64,000 nucleotides of DNA from Chloroflexota bacterium (GCA_023512725.1 JAILZB010000001.1:1660-65659); one strand, 5' to 3'. Shown: positions 1 to 9,806, counted from the first letter of the stretch. Notes: generated from the letters alone by a model not told the origin. Translations and numbers: made by a program.

Positions 1-124
1 CATTGCGTTGCAGGGCCAGCAGCTGGTCACCGCGGGCGATCAGGGCGACCGGGTAACCGGCGGCGTGCAGCCGGGCACCGATCGCTCCCCCAACGGCGCC
101 CGCTCCGTAGATCACAAAGCGCAT
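1..124 (-). CDS. ApbA/PanE-type ketopantoate (2-dehydropantoate) reductase, N-terminal fragment running off the window
   Basis: Reverse-strand ATG at 124 preceded by GGAGGTG. Own translation is MRFVIYGAGAVGGAIGARLHAAGYPVALIARGDQLLALQRN..., a GxGxxG Rossmann N-terminus typical of this family. Absent from the ORF track because it is partial and short. Confidence 0.55.
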   Translation of the reverse strand, partial: MRFVIYGAGAVGGAIGARLHAAGYPVALIARGDQLLALQRN

Positions 125-177
125 GGCACCTCCGATCCGGGAACGTGGGTGGGGACGATCGTACCCCAGCGGCTTGC

Positions 178-822
178 TCAGTCGATGGGCTCACGAAAGT
201 AAAGCCGAACCCGCCGGAAGCGCATCGCCACGTCTTCAAAACCGAGCGCAGCGAGCACGTCATCTGGCCGGCCAGCTCGGTTGTTCTCGGCAACGAGCTG
301 GAGATGGAACTCAGCGACCCCGTCGCGGAGGTCGACCAATTCAAGCGAGCGCACGAGCGGCCGGAGATCGAAGGTCCGGGTCTTCTCCCCGCGCTGGCGA
401 GTGAGGATGACCTGCTCGCGGGCGAGGAACTCGCGCACGGCCTGTTCCAGCTCAGTGCGGGAGCGGTCGGTCTCCACCTCGGCAATGAAATCGGCTGCAA
501 CGACCAGCTGGGCGAGGGCTTTCCCGACCGGTGGCGCTGGCCAGGCGGCACGCACCTCTACCCCCGGTGGGAGCTGGGGACGCAATCGCACCAGGACCTC
601 CTCCGGGGTGACCTCGGCGCTGAAGCCGATCTCGAGGACTTCGTCCTCACCGACCACCCCGACGGCAAGCGGCAGTGCCATCGCGATCACGGGAGTGGGG
701 GAGAAACCGCCCGAGTAGGCGAGGGGCAGCCCGGCCCGGCGGCAAGCGCGGACGAACAGCCGCATCAGGTCGAGGTGGGAGATGTATTTGACTTCCTCGC
801 CGCGGCGAAAGCGCAGGCGCAC
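178..822 (-). CDS. DUF2344 / radical-SAM-linked protein (TIGR03936-like)
   Basis: Last ~214 aa of ORF 178..1401: (V)RLRFRRGEEVKYISHLDLMRLFVRACRRAGLPLAYSGGFSP... is the typical family N-terminus. GTG at 822 taken as start. The upstream part of the ORF is GC-rich read-through overlapping the neighbouring gene. Confidence 0.8.
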   Translation of the reverse strand: MRLRFRRGEEVKYISHLDLMRLFVRACRRAGLPLAYSGGFSPTPVIAMALPLAVGVVGEDEVLEIGFSAEVTPEEVLVRLRPQLPPGVEVRAAWPAPPVGKALAQLVVAADFIAEVETDRSRTELEQAVREFLAREQVILTRQRGEKTRTFDLRPLVRSLELVDLRDGVAEFHLQLVAENNRAGRPDDVLAALGFEDVAMRFRRVRLYFREPID

Positions 823-878
823 GCGCTGCCGGGGTGGCTCCCCGGGCGGCCCCTGGCGGGAGGAGCGAGCCGGCTGGC

Positions 879-2774
879 TCAGCCGCGCCCCCGGCCGGCC
901 GCCAGCGCAGCCTGGCGGACGGCGACGCGCTCCTCGATCGCGGCGTTGAAGAGCGCCTGGCAGGAGGCCACGTGCTTTTGGAGCCCGCAGGCTGAGCAGA
1001 CGTCGTAGTGGCAGTCGGGGGTCGTCTCCTGGCGGGTGCTGCGGCGGTAGTCCCAGCGCAGGAACGCCTCGGTAACGCCAGTATCGATGTGGCTCCAGGG
1101 CAGCACCTCGCCGAGCGGCCGTCGTCGGTAGGCGTACCAGGACAGGTCGAGCCCGCTCTCGGCCGCTGCCTCTTCCCACAGCTCCGGCTTGAACTGGTCG
1201 CTCCAGGCGTCGAAACGGGCACCCTTGCGGAAGGCTCGCTCGATCACCGCCCCGAGCCGGCGGTCGCCCCGCGAGAGTGCAGCTTCGAGGCGGCTCTCGC
1301 CCGCATCGTGCCAGGAGAGCTTGACGCCGCGCAGCTTCAGCCCACGCTGCAGGATGGCGACCTTGCGCGCGATCTCCTCTGGTGGGCACTGGGGCGCCCA
1401 CTGGAAGGGCGTGTGCGGCTTGGGCACGAACGTGGAGACGGTGACGCGAACCTCAGCGCGGTCGCCGCAGAAGCTCCGGCCGAGAGCGAGCACCTTCCGG
1501 ATCAGGGTGACGATCCCCACGACGTCTTCGTCCGTCTCGGTGGGCAGGCCGATCATGAAGTACAGTTTGATGCCGGTCCAGCCGCGCTGGAAGGCCGCTT
1601 CGACTGAGCGCAGCAGGTCTTCTTCCGTGAGCGGCTTATTGATCACCTCGCGCAGGCGCTGGGTGCCTGCCTCCGGCGCAAAGGTGAGCCCGGAGCGCTT
1701 TCCCCGCGCAACCGCGTCCGCCAGCTTGACCGAAAAGCTATCGACCCGCAGGCTGCTGAGGGAGATCTGAAGGTGCTGGTCGGCATAGCGCTCGGCCAGC
1801 CGGGTGGCCACCTCGTCGATGGTGCTGTGGTCGCTCGTCGAGAGCGAGAGCAGACTTACTTCCTCGTAGCCGGTGTTGCGCAGCAACTGATCGACCGTCG
1901 CCAGGATCTCCTCGGTCGAGCGCTCGCGGACCGGTCGGGTGACCATCCCGGGCTGGCAGAAGCGGCAGCCCCGGGTGCAGCCCCGCATCACCTCGACGGC
2001 AACCCGGTCGTGGACGGTCTCGATGAAGGGCACGATCGGCCGGACCGGCAACGGCGGGAGGGTGCTCACCAGGGTCCGGCGCACCCGCGGGGGCGCCGCA
2101 GGGTCGTTCGGCGCGATCCGGGCCACGGTGCCATCCGGGTGGTAGGTCACGTCGTAGAAGCGCGGGACGTAGATCCCTGGCAGCGCGGCCACCCGGCGCA
2201 GGAACTCCACCCGGTCGCGACCGCCTTCCGCCCGCCAGGCCTGGTACCGCGCCAGCAGGTCGGGCAGCGCCTCCTCGGCATCGCCGATCACGAAGAGGTC
2301 GATGAAGGCGGCCATCGGCTCCGGGTTGACCGTTGCTGGCCCACCAGCAATGACCAAGGGGGCTTCCTCGCCCCGCTGGTCAGCCTGGAGGGGGATCCCC
2401 CCAAGGTCGAGAATGGTCAGGGCGTTGGTGTACCCCTGCTCGTAGGCAAGGGAGAAGCAGATCACGTCGAAGTCGCGTAGGGGCCGCTTCGATTCCAGGG
2501 CGTACAGTGGCAGCCCGACCCGACGGAGTTCCGCTTCCATATCCGGCCAGGGGGCGTAGACGCGCTCAGCTAGCCAGTCGTCCCGCTGGTTGACCAGGTC
2601 GTAGATGATCGCCAGGCCGAGGTTGCTCATCCCGATCTCGTAGACGTCGGGAAAGGCGAGCGCCACTTTCAGCGCCACCCGCGACCAGTCCTTGACGATG
2701 CTATTGAACTCGCCGCCGGTGTACCGCGCAGGTTTCTGGACCCGCGGCAGGATGCGGTCAAGCTGCTGGAGCAT
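879..2774 (-). CDS. B12-binding-domain radical SAM protein (TIGR03960-like, uncharacterised function)
   Basis: ORF 879..2903 with internal ATG at 2774 (MLQQLDRILPRVQKPARYTGGEFN..., the family-typical N-terminus). Contains MRGCTRGCRFCQ (CxxxCxxC). Sits directly upstream of its usual DUF2344 partner. Confidence 0.9.
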   Translation of the reverse strand: MLQQLDRILPRVQKPARYTGGEFNSIVKDWSRVALKVALAFPDVYEIGMSNLGLAIIYDLVNQRDDWLAERVYAPWPDMEAELRRVGLPLYALESKRPLRDFDVICFSLAYEQGYTNALTILDLGGIPLQADQRGEEAPLVIAGGPATVNPEPMAAFIDLFVIGDAEEALPDLLARYQAWRAEGGRDRVEFLRRVAALPGIYVPRFYDVTYHPDGTVARIAPNDPAAPPRVRRTLVSTLPPLPVRPIVPFIETVHDRVAVEVMRGCTRGCRFCQPGMVTRPVRERSTEEILATVDQLLRNTGYEEVSLLSLSTSDHSTIDEVATRLAERYADQHLQISLSSLRVDSFSVKLADAVARGKRSGLTFAPEAGTQRLREVINKPLTEEDLLRSVEAAFQRGWTGIKLYFMIGLPTETDEDVVGIVTLIRKVLALGRSFCGDRAEVRVTVSTFVPKPHTPFQWAPQCPPEEIARKVAILQRGLKLRGVKLSWHDAGESRLEAALSRGDRRLGAVIERAFRKGARFDAWSDQFKPELWEEAAAESGLDLSWYAYRRRPLGEVLPWSHIDTGVTEAFLRWDYRRSTRQETTPDCHYDVCSACGLQKHVASCQALFNAAIEERVAVRQAALAAGRGRG

Positions 2775-2851
2775 GCGAGGAACCCTTCTCGGCAGCGATG
2801 TGCCTCCTCGATTATATTGACGGGCGACAGGCTGCCGCCAAAGGAGAGCCG

Positions 2852-3934
2852 ATGCCACTACCGTTGCTGGCCACTCAGCTGGTGGGAAGCTACACCAAGC
2901 CACGCTGGTTGTACCGTCGCGAGGCGCTGCTCGCGCGTCAGCTCGACCAGGTCTGGGAACCGGCGCCGGCCGTGCTGGAGGAAGCGCAGGGCGATGCCGT
3001 CCGGCTCGCTATCGCCGACCAGGAGCGGGCCGGGCTGGATATCATCACGGATGGCGAACAGGGCCGCGCGAGCTTCGTCACCTACTTCTACCGCCTCGAC
3101 GGGATCGATCACCAGACGCTCGGTCCGCCGAACCGATACGGCATCGATCTCTCGTTTGTGTCGGTCAGCCCGGAATCGTCGATCCAGCGCCCGGAGGTGC
3201 TCCTGCCACGCATCGTCGGGCCGTTGCGCTGGCGGGAGCCAATGGCGCTGGCGGACCTGCGCTTTCTCAAGCAGCACACCCGTCGGCCGGTCAAGATGAC
3301 GGTGATCGGGCCGATCACTGCGGCGGCGCGGCTCTCCGATGCCTACTACGGCGACCTGCGCGCGGCAGCCCTGGCGATGGCGGAGGCGCTCAACCAGGAG
3401 CTGAGGGTGCTCGATGCCGAAGGGGTGGACCTGCTCCAGCTTGATGAGCCGGATGCGCACTTTCTGAGCCAGGTCACCAACCCCTTCGTGGCGGAGGTGC
3501 TCGACCGCGCGATCGCGGGGGTGAAAGCCACCACGGTGGTCCACCTCTGCTACGGCTACTCGATTGCGATGAAGAACAAGCGGGTCGACGAGCGGTTCGG
3601 AGCGGTGCTCGAGGCGGTAGCGGCCTCCGCGATCGATGCGATCAATCTGGAGTACGAGGAGCCCGGTCATCAGCCGGAACTGCTGCGTCACGTTGGGCGA
3701 AAGACGGTGATCCTCGGGCTGCTCAACCTTGGCACGGAGGAGGTTGCCTCCCCAGAGTACCTCGCCAGCCGGATCCGGGAAGCGCTGGAGGTGGTGCCGC
3801 CGGAGCGCTTGCTGCTTTCGCCCGATTGCGGGATGTGGTTCCTACCGCGTGAAGTCGCCTTCGCGAAGCTCCGTGCCCTCGTGCTTGCCGCCGAGATGGT
3901 GCGCGCCGAGCTGGCATTCCGGCATGGGCACTAG
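2852..3934 (+). CDS. Cobalamin-independent methionine synthase (MetE C-terminal-domain-like, Meth_synt_2) family protein
   Basis: ATG at 2852 behind AAGGAGAG. MPLPLLATQLVGSYTKPRWL..., with Zn-ligand-like VVHLCYGY and SPDCGMW motifs. Confidence 0.8.
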   Translation: MPLPLLATQLVGSYTKPRWLYRREALLARQLDQVWEPAPAVLEEAQGDAVRLAIADQERAGLDIITDGEQGRASFVTYFYRLDGIDHQTLGPPNRYGIDLSFVSVSPESSIQRPEVLLPRIVGPLRWREPMALADLRFLKQHTRRPVKMTVIGPITAAARLSDAYYGDLRAAALAMAEALNQELRVLDAEGVDLLQLDEPDAHFLSQVTNPFVAEVLDRAIAGVKATTVVHLCYGYSIAMKNKRVDERFGAVLEAVAASAIDAINLEYEEPGHQPELLRHVGRKTVILGLLNLGTEEVASPEYLASRIREALEVVPPERLLLSPDCGMWFLPREVAFAKLRALVLAAEMVRAELAFRHGH

Positions 3935-5184
3935 CAGCCGCTCCCACTCGCCCGCGTGCCGGTGAGCGGCACGAACAGCCAGTATCTCCCGCCTGCCTGC
4001 TGCCTCCCACTGAGCGCCGGGGGGAGACCAAAGGCAAGGAGTCGGGATTCGGTCTGGAGGTAGAGCATTCCGTTGGCGATGGTGGGCTGGGTAGCCCGTT
4101 CCCGGCCGAGGGAGGTCCGCCAGAGCTGGCGCCCGCTTCGCGCCTCCAGGATGAGCATCCAGTTCTCGAGATTGGCGCCACCTGGGTCGACGAGGCCGGT
4201 TGCCACCACGAGGAGCCCGTTGGTGTACGCCGGTGGGAAGTTGCTCGTCTGCCCACCGGGTAGCTGGCCAGCGGTGGTATCCACCTTCCAGCGGAGGGCA
4301 CCCGTTTGCTGGTCGAAGGCGAAGACGAAGTTGGTGGAACTCTGGGCGAACACCATTCCGTCGGCGACTGCGGGGGCGAACACCTCGCCGTAGGTCACGG
4401 CCGACCAGCGGAGGCTGCCCTCGCCCACGCTCACGGTCCGGATCATCCCGTCGAAGCCTCCTGCGAACACGAGCCCACCGTCGGCGGAGACGCGCAGGCG
4501 GTACGCCAGGGCGGGCACGGAGGTCTGGCGCCACCACCGCTCGCTGCCGTCCGCGGTGAGGGCGACCAGCTTCCCGTCATCCGCCCCGACGATCAGATCC
4601 CCAACCACGGCCGGCTCATAGGCGACGCCGCTTTCGTCGCCGTAGCTCCAGAGGGGCTGACCGGTCGCGGCACTGAAGGCGTACAGCCGGTTGGAGCTGA
4701 CCAGGACGAGCCCATTGCCCACCACCGGAGACTGGTGGCCGTTGGAGTTGACCGGTTGTCGCCAGAACTCCTGGCCATCGCTGGCAGCGAGGGCAACCAG
4801 CAAGCCGTTGCTCGCATCGTCACCGCGGAGGGCATAGACCCGCCCCTGGTCGACGACGGGCGTGGCGATCCGTCCGCCGAGCCCCTTCGACCAGAGCACC
4901 TGCCCGCTCGTGGCATCGAGCGCCCAGAGCACCCCGTTCGCGCTGCCAGCATAGAGACGCCCGCCCACCACTGAGGGGGTCCCCTGGGGGCTACGCCCGA
5001 TCGGCTGCGACCAGCGGAGCGTCAGCGCTCCAACCGTGCAGGCGCTCAGGCTCCGCTCGACCAGGGTGGCCCCGCGGTGCAGGGCGTCGCCCCCCACCTG
5101 TGGCCAGAGGGATTCCTCAGCGGCTGCCAGTGGCGCAGCGAGAAGGAGGGCAGCCAGGGCTGCCAGCAGGGAACCTCGGTGCAC
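3931..5184 (-). CDS. Secreted PQQ-like beta-propeller repeat protein (BamB/PQQ_2-like)
   Basis: Repeated ...G.VYA....G.L.ALDA.TG...W blades. Signal peptide SLLAALAALLLAAPLAAAEE follows GTG at 5184. An ATG at 5289 is an alternative start. Confidence 0.8.
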   Translation of the reverse strand: MHRGSLLAALAALLLAAPLAAAEESLWPQVGGDALHRGATLVERSLSACTVGALTLRWSQPIGRSPQGTPSVVGGRLYAGSANGVLWALDATSGQVLWSKGLGGRIATPVVDQGRVYALRGDDASNGLLVALAASDGQEFWRQPVNSNGHQSPVVGNGLVLVSSNRLYAFSAATGQPLWSYGDESGVAYEPAVVGDLIVGADDGKLVALTADGSERWWRQTSVPALAYRLRVSADGGLVFAGGFDGMIRTVSVGEGSLRWSAVTYGEVFAPAVADGMVFAQSSTNFVFAFDQQTGALRWKVDTTAGQLPGGQTSNFPPAYTNGLLVVATGLVDPGGANLENWMLILEARSGRQLWRTSLGRERATQPTIANGMLYLQTESRLLAFGLPPALSGRQQAGGRYWLFVPLTGTRASGSGC

Positions 5185-5301
5185 GGGCGGATGGTAGCAA
5201 GCTTGCCTGCCCTTGGCGAGCAGAAGGGTGGTGGGCGTGCAGGCGCCACCGCCCTTGCGCGTGTGTCGTAGACTGTGTGATCGATCCACATTGGGGGGGC
5301 G

Positions 5302-7488
5302 ATGTCATCGGACAACCCACCGCGCCCGCCTGAGCCGACGACCCCGACCGCGCTGGTGGAACTTCCCCCGGAGCAGGCCGCGGCTATCCGGGAAGAATAC
5401 GAGAGCGAGGCCCCCACCCGAACGCTGAAGGGGTGGGCAGCGCGCCTAGCTTCCCTCGGGGCAGTGGCGCTCTCGCTGTACGCCCTCTACTGGGTTGTCG
5501 CGATCGTGCCCGCCCAGGTCTACCGCCCGACCTTCCTCGCGCTGACGCTGGTGTTGGCGTTCTTGCTCTACCCCTTTTCGCTGGCGCGCGATCGGCGGCG
5601 CTGGCTCCGCGACTGGGTGCTGGCGCTGCTGCCTGTCCTGGCGCTGGGCATCATCTTCAGCGAGTACTTCCTGGCCCGGAGCGACCGGATCCGCTTGCTC
5701 GATGCTGGCTGGCCGCTGCTGGTGCTGGTGGCAGTGGTGCTAGCGTTCCTCGCCCTCGCCTTCTGGCGGCCAGCGCGCGACCGGGTGAGCCTCCCCGACC
5801 TGGTGCTGGCGCTGGTGGCGGTAGTGGTGCTTGCCTGGCCGGTGATCGACCTGGAGCAGTTCATCCAGCGGGCCGCCCGGCCAAGCCTGACCGACCTCAT
5901 CTTTGGCACCGTCCTGATCGTCCTAGTGCTGGAAGCGACCCGGCGAGCGATCGGGTGGATCTTGCCGGCTACGGCGGTGCTCTTCCTCCTCTACGCTTTC
6001 TGGGGCAACTGGCTGGACGACCTCGGGCTGGCGCTCCTTGCCCATCGCGGCTACGAGCTGAACCGGCTGGTGGGGACGATGTACCTCACCCTGGAAGGGA
6101 TCTTCGGGGTGCCGCTGGATGTCGCGGCGACCTACATCATCCTCTTCACGATCTACGGGGCGGTGCTGGAGCTGTCGGGCGCGGGCTCCTTCTTCATCGA
6201 CTGGTCGTTTGCGGCGATGGGGCGCTCGCGCAGCGGTGCTGGGCCAGGCCGTACCGTCACCCTGGCAGGATTCCTTCTTGGCACCGTCTCGGGAAGCGGG
6301 GTGGCGACCACCGTGACCCTTGGTTCGCTCGCCTGGCCACTCCTCCGGCGGGCTGGCTACACCCCGAACACGGCGGGAGCAATGCTCGCAGCCGGGGGGA
6401 TCGGCGCTATCCTCTCGCCACCCACCCTGGGGGCGGCGGCCTTTCTGATCGCCGAGTTCCTGCGGATCTCCTACCTGCAGGTGCTGGTCATGGCGACCAT
6501 CCCCACCCTGCTGTACTACCTCTCGGTCTTTCTGATGATCGAGGCGGACGCGCGACGGCTCGGGGCCCGGCCGGTCGAGGTGGCGACACCCTCGTTGCGC
6601 GCGCTGACACTCCGCTACGGCTATCACTTCACCTCGCTGTTCGCGATTGCGGTGCTGATGGTGCTCGGGATGACCCCTTTCCTTGCCGTCTTCTGGGCGA
6701 CCGTGCTGGCCGTTGCCCTCAGCTTTCTGCGCCCGGAGACGGCGCTCTGGCCGCCGAAACTCTGGCGGGCGCTCGACCTCGGTGGCCGGGGGGTAGTCTC
6801 CGTGGCGGCGACGACGGCGACGGCAGGCATCATCGTTGGCGTGGTCACCCTCACGGGGCTGGGGCTGAAGACAGCCGGACTGATCGTGACCCTGGCCGGA
6901 GAGAACCTCTTCTTGACCGTGCTCTTCGGTGCGGTCGCCGTCTGGGTGCTGGGGCTGGCGGTACCGGTCACGGCCTCCTACATCATCGCGGCGGTGATGA
7001 TTGCGCCAGCCTTGATCAAGGTGGGCGTGCCGGAGATCGCAGCCCACATGTTTATCTTTTACTACGCTGTGCTGTCGGAGGTCAGCCCGCCGACGGCGCT
7101 GGCACCCTTCGCTGCCGCGGCCCTAACCGGTGGCAATCCCTTCCGGACGATGATGCTCACCTGGAAGTACACCCTCCCGGCGTTTCTCGTTCCGTTCGTC
7201 TTCTGCCTGAGCCCGGAGGGGCTTGGGGTGCTGCTCCAGGCGCCGCTCCCGGAGGTGCTCTGGACGACGCTCACCGCTGCCGTGGGGGTGCTGGCGCTGG
7301 CGGTCGGCTTTGGAGGCTGGCTCTGGGGGCCGGCCAGCCGGCCCGAGCGGGTACTTGCGGTCGTTGCGGGGCTGCTCCTGTTCTACGCCAGCCGCCTGAC
7401 TGACCTGCTGGGGCTGGGGCTATTTGTCGGGGTGCTCGTGGTCGCCTGGCTCCGGGCACATTGGCGGCCGGCGCCCCGCACGGGCTAG
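5302..7488 (+). CDS. TRAP transporter fused 4TM/12TM permease (TAXI-type system membrane component)
   Basis: 728-aa polytopic membrane protein with a long DctM-like region (GSGVATTVTLGS..., AILSPPTLGAAAF...). No binding-protein gene is adjacent. Confidence 0.85.
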   Translation: MSSDNPPRPPEPTTPTALVELPPEQAAAIREEYESEAPTRTLKGWAARLASLGAVALSLYALYWVVAIVPAQVYRPTFLALTLVLAFLLYPFSLARDRRRWLRDWVLALLPVLALGIIFSEYFLARSDRIRLLDAGWPLLVLVAVVLAFLALAFWRPARDRVSLPDLVLALVAVVVLAWPVIDLEQFIQRAARPSLTDLIFGTVLIVLVLEATRRAIGWILPATAVLFLLYAFWGNWLDDLGLALLAHRGYELNRLVGTMYLTLEGIFGVPLDVAATYIILFTIYGAVLELSGAGSFFIDWSFAAMGRSRSGAGPGRTVTLAGFLLGTVSGSGVATTVTLGSLAWPLLRRAGYTPNTAGAMLAAGGIGAILSPPTLGAAAFLIAEFLRISYLQVLVMATIPTLLYYLSVFLMIEADARRLGARPVEVATPSLRALTLRYGYHFTSLFAIAVLMVLGMTPFLAVFWATVLAVALSFLRPETALWPPKLWRALDLGGRGVVSVAATTATAGIIVGVVTLTGLGLKTAGLIVTLAGENLFLTVLFGAVAVWVLGLAVPVTASYIIAAVMIAPALIKVGVPEIAAHMFIFYYAVLSEVSPPTALAPFAAAALTGGNPFRTMMLTWKYTLPAFLVPFVFCLSPEGLGVLLQAPLPEVLWTTLTAAVGVLALAVGFGGWLWGPASRPERVLAVVAGLLLFYASRLTDLLGLGLFVGVLVVAWLRAHWRPAPRTG

Positions 7489-7539
7489 CCGCCCGTCGCG
7501 GGCTCCCGTGGTGAGGGCGCGGCTCCATCGCCCCGGGGT

Positions 7540-8004
7540 CTAGGCCGGCTGTGCCGCCACCGGCTGGCGGCGAGCGGCGCGGAGGGCAGCTTCGATGGTG
7601 GCGAAGTCGTGCTCAGGGAGCAGGTGGACGTTCCCTTGAAACGCGAGTTGCCAGTGTGCTGGTGGCCAGCGTTTGACCCATTCCAGTTGCGGGAGCAGGG
7701 CTGCTACGGCCACGAACTCCTCCGGCGCGAGGATGACCTCCGGCCGGATGGGGAAGCGAAAGGGGTAGACCTCTCCCTCCTTCTTGCTCGTCCAGATCGG
7801 CTCGTGGCTCTCGAAGAAGGGGCCGGTCACCGTCGCCGTGCCACCAAACCGCTGGATCCCGGTCAGGTAGAACAGCACGCGGTCTCCCGGCCGGACCTGC
7901 TCCGCCTTCTTCCGGTGGCGGCTCTTCATCCCTGCCAGGTCAAAGCCGCGGGCGCGGGAGATTTCGAAGTTGGCTGCCGACGAGACCAGCATCCAATAGT
8001 TCAT
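7540..8004 (-). CDS. EVE (PUA-like, DUF55) domain protein
   Basis: MNYWMLVSSAANFEISRARGFDLAGMKSRHRKKAEQVRPGDRVLFYLTG... is a typical EVE-domain layout. 154 aa, stand-alone. Confidence 0.7.
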   Translation of the reverse strand: MNYWMLVSSAANFEISRARGFDLAGMKSRHRKKAEQVRPGDRVLFYLTGIQRFGGTATVTGPFFESHEPIWTSKKEGEVYPFRFPIRPEVILAPEEFVAVAALLPQLEWVKRWPPAHWQLAFQGNVHLLPEHDFATIEAALRAARRQPVAAQPA

Positions 8005-8056
8005 GGCGTCCTCCCTGACGGCTGGTCATCGTAGCAGCTGCGCACGGGCCCGTCAG

Positions 8057-8524
8057 CTACTTCACGCGCGGCTCACCCCCGAGCTCAGCGCTCTCCAGCA
8101 CGATTGTCACCGGTCCCTCATTGACCAGCTCAACCTCCATCATCGCCCCGAAGATGCCCGTTGCCGTCGGCACGCCCAGGGCTCGCAGCGCTGCCACGAA
8201 GCGGTCGACGAGCGGAGCAGCACGTTCGGGCGGCGCAGCGGCGGTAAAGCTCGGCCGGCGCCCCCGCCGCAGGTCGGCGAGCAAGGTGAACTGGCTCACC
8301 ACCAGCGCCTCGCCGCCACTCTCCAGCAGCGAGCGGTCGAACTTGCCCGCCTCGTTGGGAAAGATGCGGAGATGAGCGGTCTTCTCGGCGAACAGGTCAG
8401 CGAGGGCTTCCTGGTCATCGTGCCCGATCCCAAGCAGGATGACCAGCCCCCTCCCGATCGTGGCAACCTCTTCCCCCGCCACCCGGACGCTGGCACGCCG
8501 AACGCGCTGGATGACCGCTTTCAC
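8057..8524 (-). CDS. dtd: D-aminoacyl-tRNA deacylase
   Basis: [15 protein letters not shown]...[14 protein letters not shown]...[16 protein letters not shown]...GRRPSF... are canonical Dtd motifs. Confidence 0.95.
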   Translation of the reverse strand: MKAVIQRVRRASVRVAGEEVATIGRGLVILLGIGHDDQEALADLFAEKTAHLRIFPNEAGKFDRSLLESGGEALVVSQFTLLADLRRGRRPSFTAAAPPERAAPLVDRFVAALRALGVPTATGIFGAMMEVELVNEGPVTIVLESAELGGEPRVK

Positions 8525-8796
8525 GGGCTGCGGTCGGCAGTGCCCTCGGCTGGCGTGCTAGCGCTGCTCCCGCCGTCTTCGCGGCGGCTGGATTCGTCCG
8601 TGCGCTCGCTCCGGCTGCCGTTGGCGTAGTCCGTCTTATAGAAGCCGCTCCCTTTGAAGACGATGCCGGCCGGGAAGATCAACCGACGGACGCTCCCACC
8701 ACATTCCGGGCAGTGCGCGAGGGGCGCATCGCTGAACTTCTGCTTCACCTCGAACCGGTGCCCACCGGTCTGGCAGGCATATTCGTAGATCGGCAC
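8521..8796 (-). CDS. FmdB-family zinc-ribbon protein
   Basis: [40 protein letters not shown]... has the CxxGH...CPxCG ribbon. Its stop overlaps the dtd start (GTGA). Confidence 0.85.
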   Translation of the reverse strand: MPIYEYACQTGGHRFEVKQKFSDAPLAHCPECGGSVRRLIFPAGIVFKGSGFYKTDYANGSRSERTDESSRREDGGSSASTPAEGTADRSP

Positions 8797-8926
8797 CGCG
8801 GTCTTCCCTCACGGAACGGTGTCGCCCGGCGTGCGCCAGGCGCAAGCAGTCTGTTCCGATTGTACTGAACGGCTGATCGCTCGCCCGTTGGTAAAGTGTT
8901 AGAGCCTGCGCACCGAGGGGCTGGGC

Positions 8927-8932
8927 TATAAT
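8927..8932 (+). promoter_or_regulatory. Candidate -10 box (TATAAT) for rfbD operon
   Basis: GCTATAATCC lies 31 nt upstream of the ATG at 8964. The same CTATAATC context recurs at 24577 and 59185. No clear -35 element. Confidence 0.35.
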
Positions 8933-8963
8933 CCGTCGGCCCGGATGGGGCCACGAGGGGCAT

Positions 8964-9806
8964 ATGCGCGTGGCGGTGACCGGAGGTACTGGCCAGCTCG
9001 GAAGGCAGGTACGGCGAGCTTTCGCCGAGCAGGGCTGGGAGGTGGCCGCGCCTTCCCTCGCTCCCCCCGAGCATGATGTGGCTGACCCTGCGATCGTCGA
9101 TACCATCGCCGCTCTTCAGCCGGACGTCGTCGTCCACACGGCGGCCCTGACCGATGTCGATGGCTGCGCCCGCGACCCGGAGGCCGCCTTTCGGGTCAAC
9201 GCCCTGGGCACCCGCAACGTGGCGCGTGGCGCGCGGGCAGCCAGAGCCGCGCTGGTCTACATCTCGACCAACGAGGTGTTCTCCGGCGAGGCGACCACCC
9301 CCTACCGAGAGGAGGATCCGGTCGCGCCGATCAATCCGTACGGCCAGTCGAAGGCAGCGGGCGAGGCGTTCGCCCGCGCGATCCTCCCCGAGCACTATAT
9401 CGTGCGGACGGCTTGGCTCTTCGGCCCAGGGGGGTCGAACTTCGTGACCAAGATCCTGGCGCGGGCGCAGGCCGGCCCGCTCCAGGTGGTCTGCGATGAA
9501 TTCGGCTCGCCCAGCTACGCTCCGGATGTCGCCCGGGCGATCGTCCAGCTGGTGGCAACGGGTGCCTTCGGCACCTACCACTTCGTCAACGCTGGGGTCG
9601 CCAGCCGCTACGAGTGGGCCGCCGCTGTGCTCGCGCTGGCTGGCCTTGCCACGCCGTTGACGCCGCTCCCCCGTGAGCGCTGGCTACGCCCCTCCCGCGT
9701 CCCTCGCTACACGCCGCTTGCCAACCAGGCCGGGGCAGCGCTGGGGATCCACTTCCGCCCCTGGCGCGAGGCCCTGGCGGAGTACCTGCGCATCGAGGCC
9801 ACGTGA
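8964..9806 (+). CDS. rfbD: dTDP-4-dehydrorhamnose reductase
   Basis: MRVAVTGGTGQLGRQV...DVVVHTAALTDVDGCE-like...YISTNEVF...PINPYGQSK... are RmlD hallmarks. Confidence 0.9.
   Translation: MRVAVTGGTGQLGRQVRRAFAEQGWEVAAPSLAPPEHDVADPAIVDTIAALQPDVVVHTAALTDVDGCARDPEAAFRVNALGTRNVARGARAARAALVYISTNEVFSGEATTPYREEDPVAPINPYGQSKAAGEAFARAILPEHYIVRTAWLFGPGGSNFVTKILARAQAGPLQVVCDEFGSPSYAPDVARAIVQLVATGAFGTYHFVNAGVASRYEWAAAVLALAGLATPLTPLPRERWLRPSRVPRYTPLANQAGAALGIHFRPWREALAEYLRIEAT

Noticed and set aside
5433-7403. 656-aa alternative-frame ORF inside the TRAP permease gene
   Set aside because: The Arg/Gly/Pro-rich translation has no domain pattern. The 5302..7488 frame gives a coherent polytopic TRAP permease. 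It is an artefact of GC-rich sequence.
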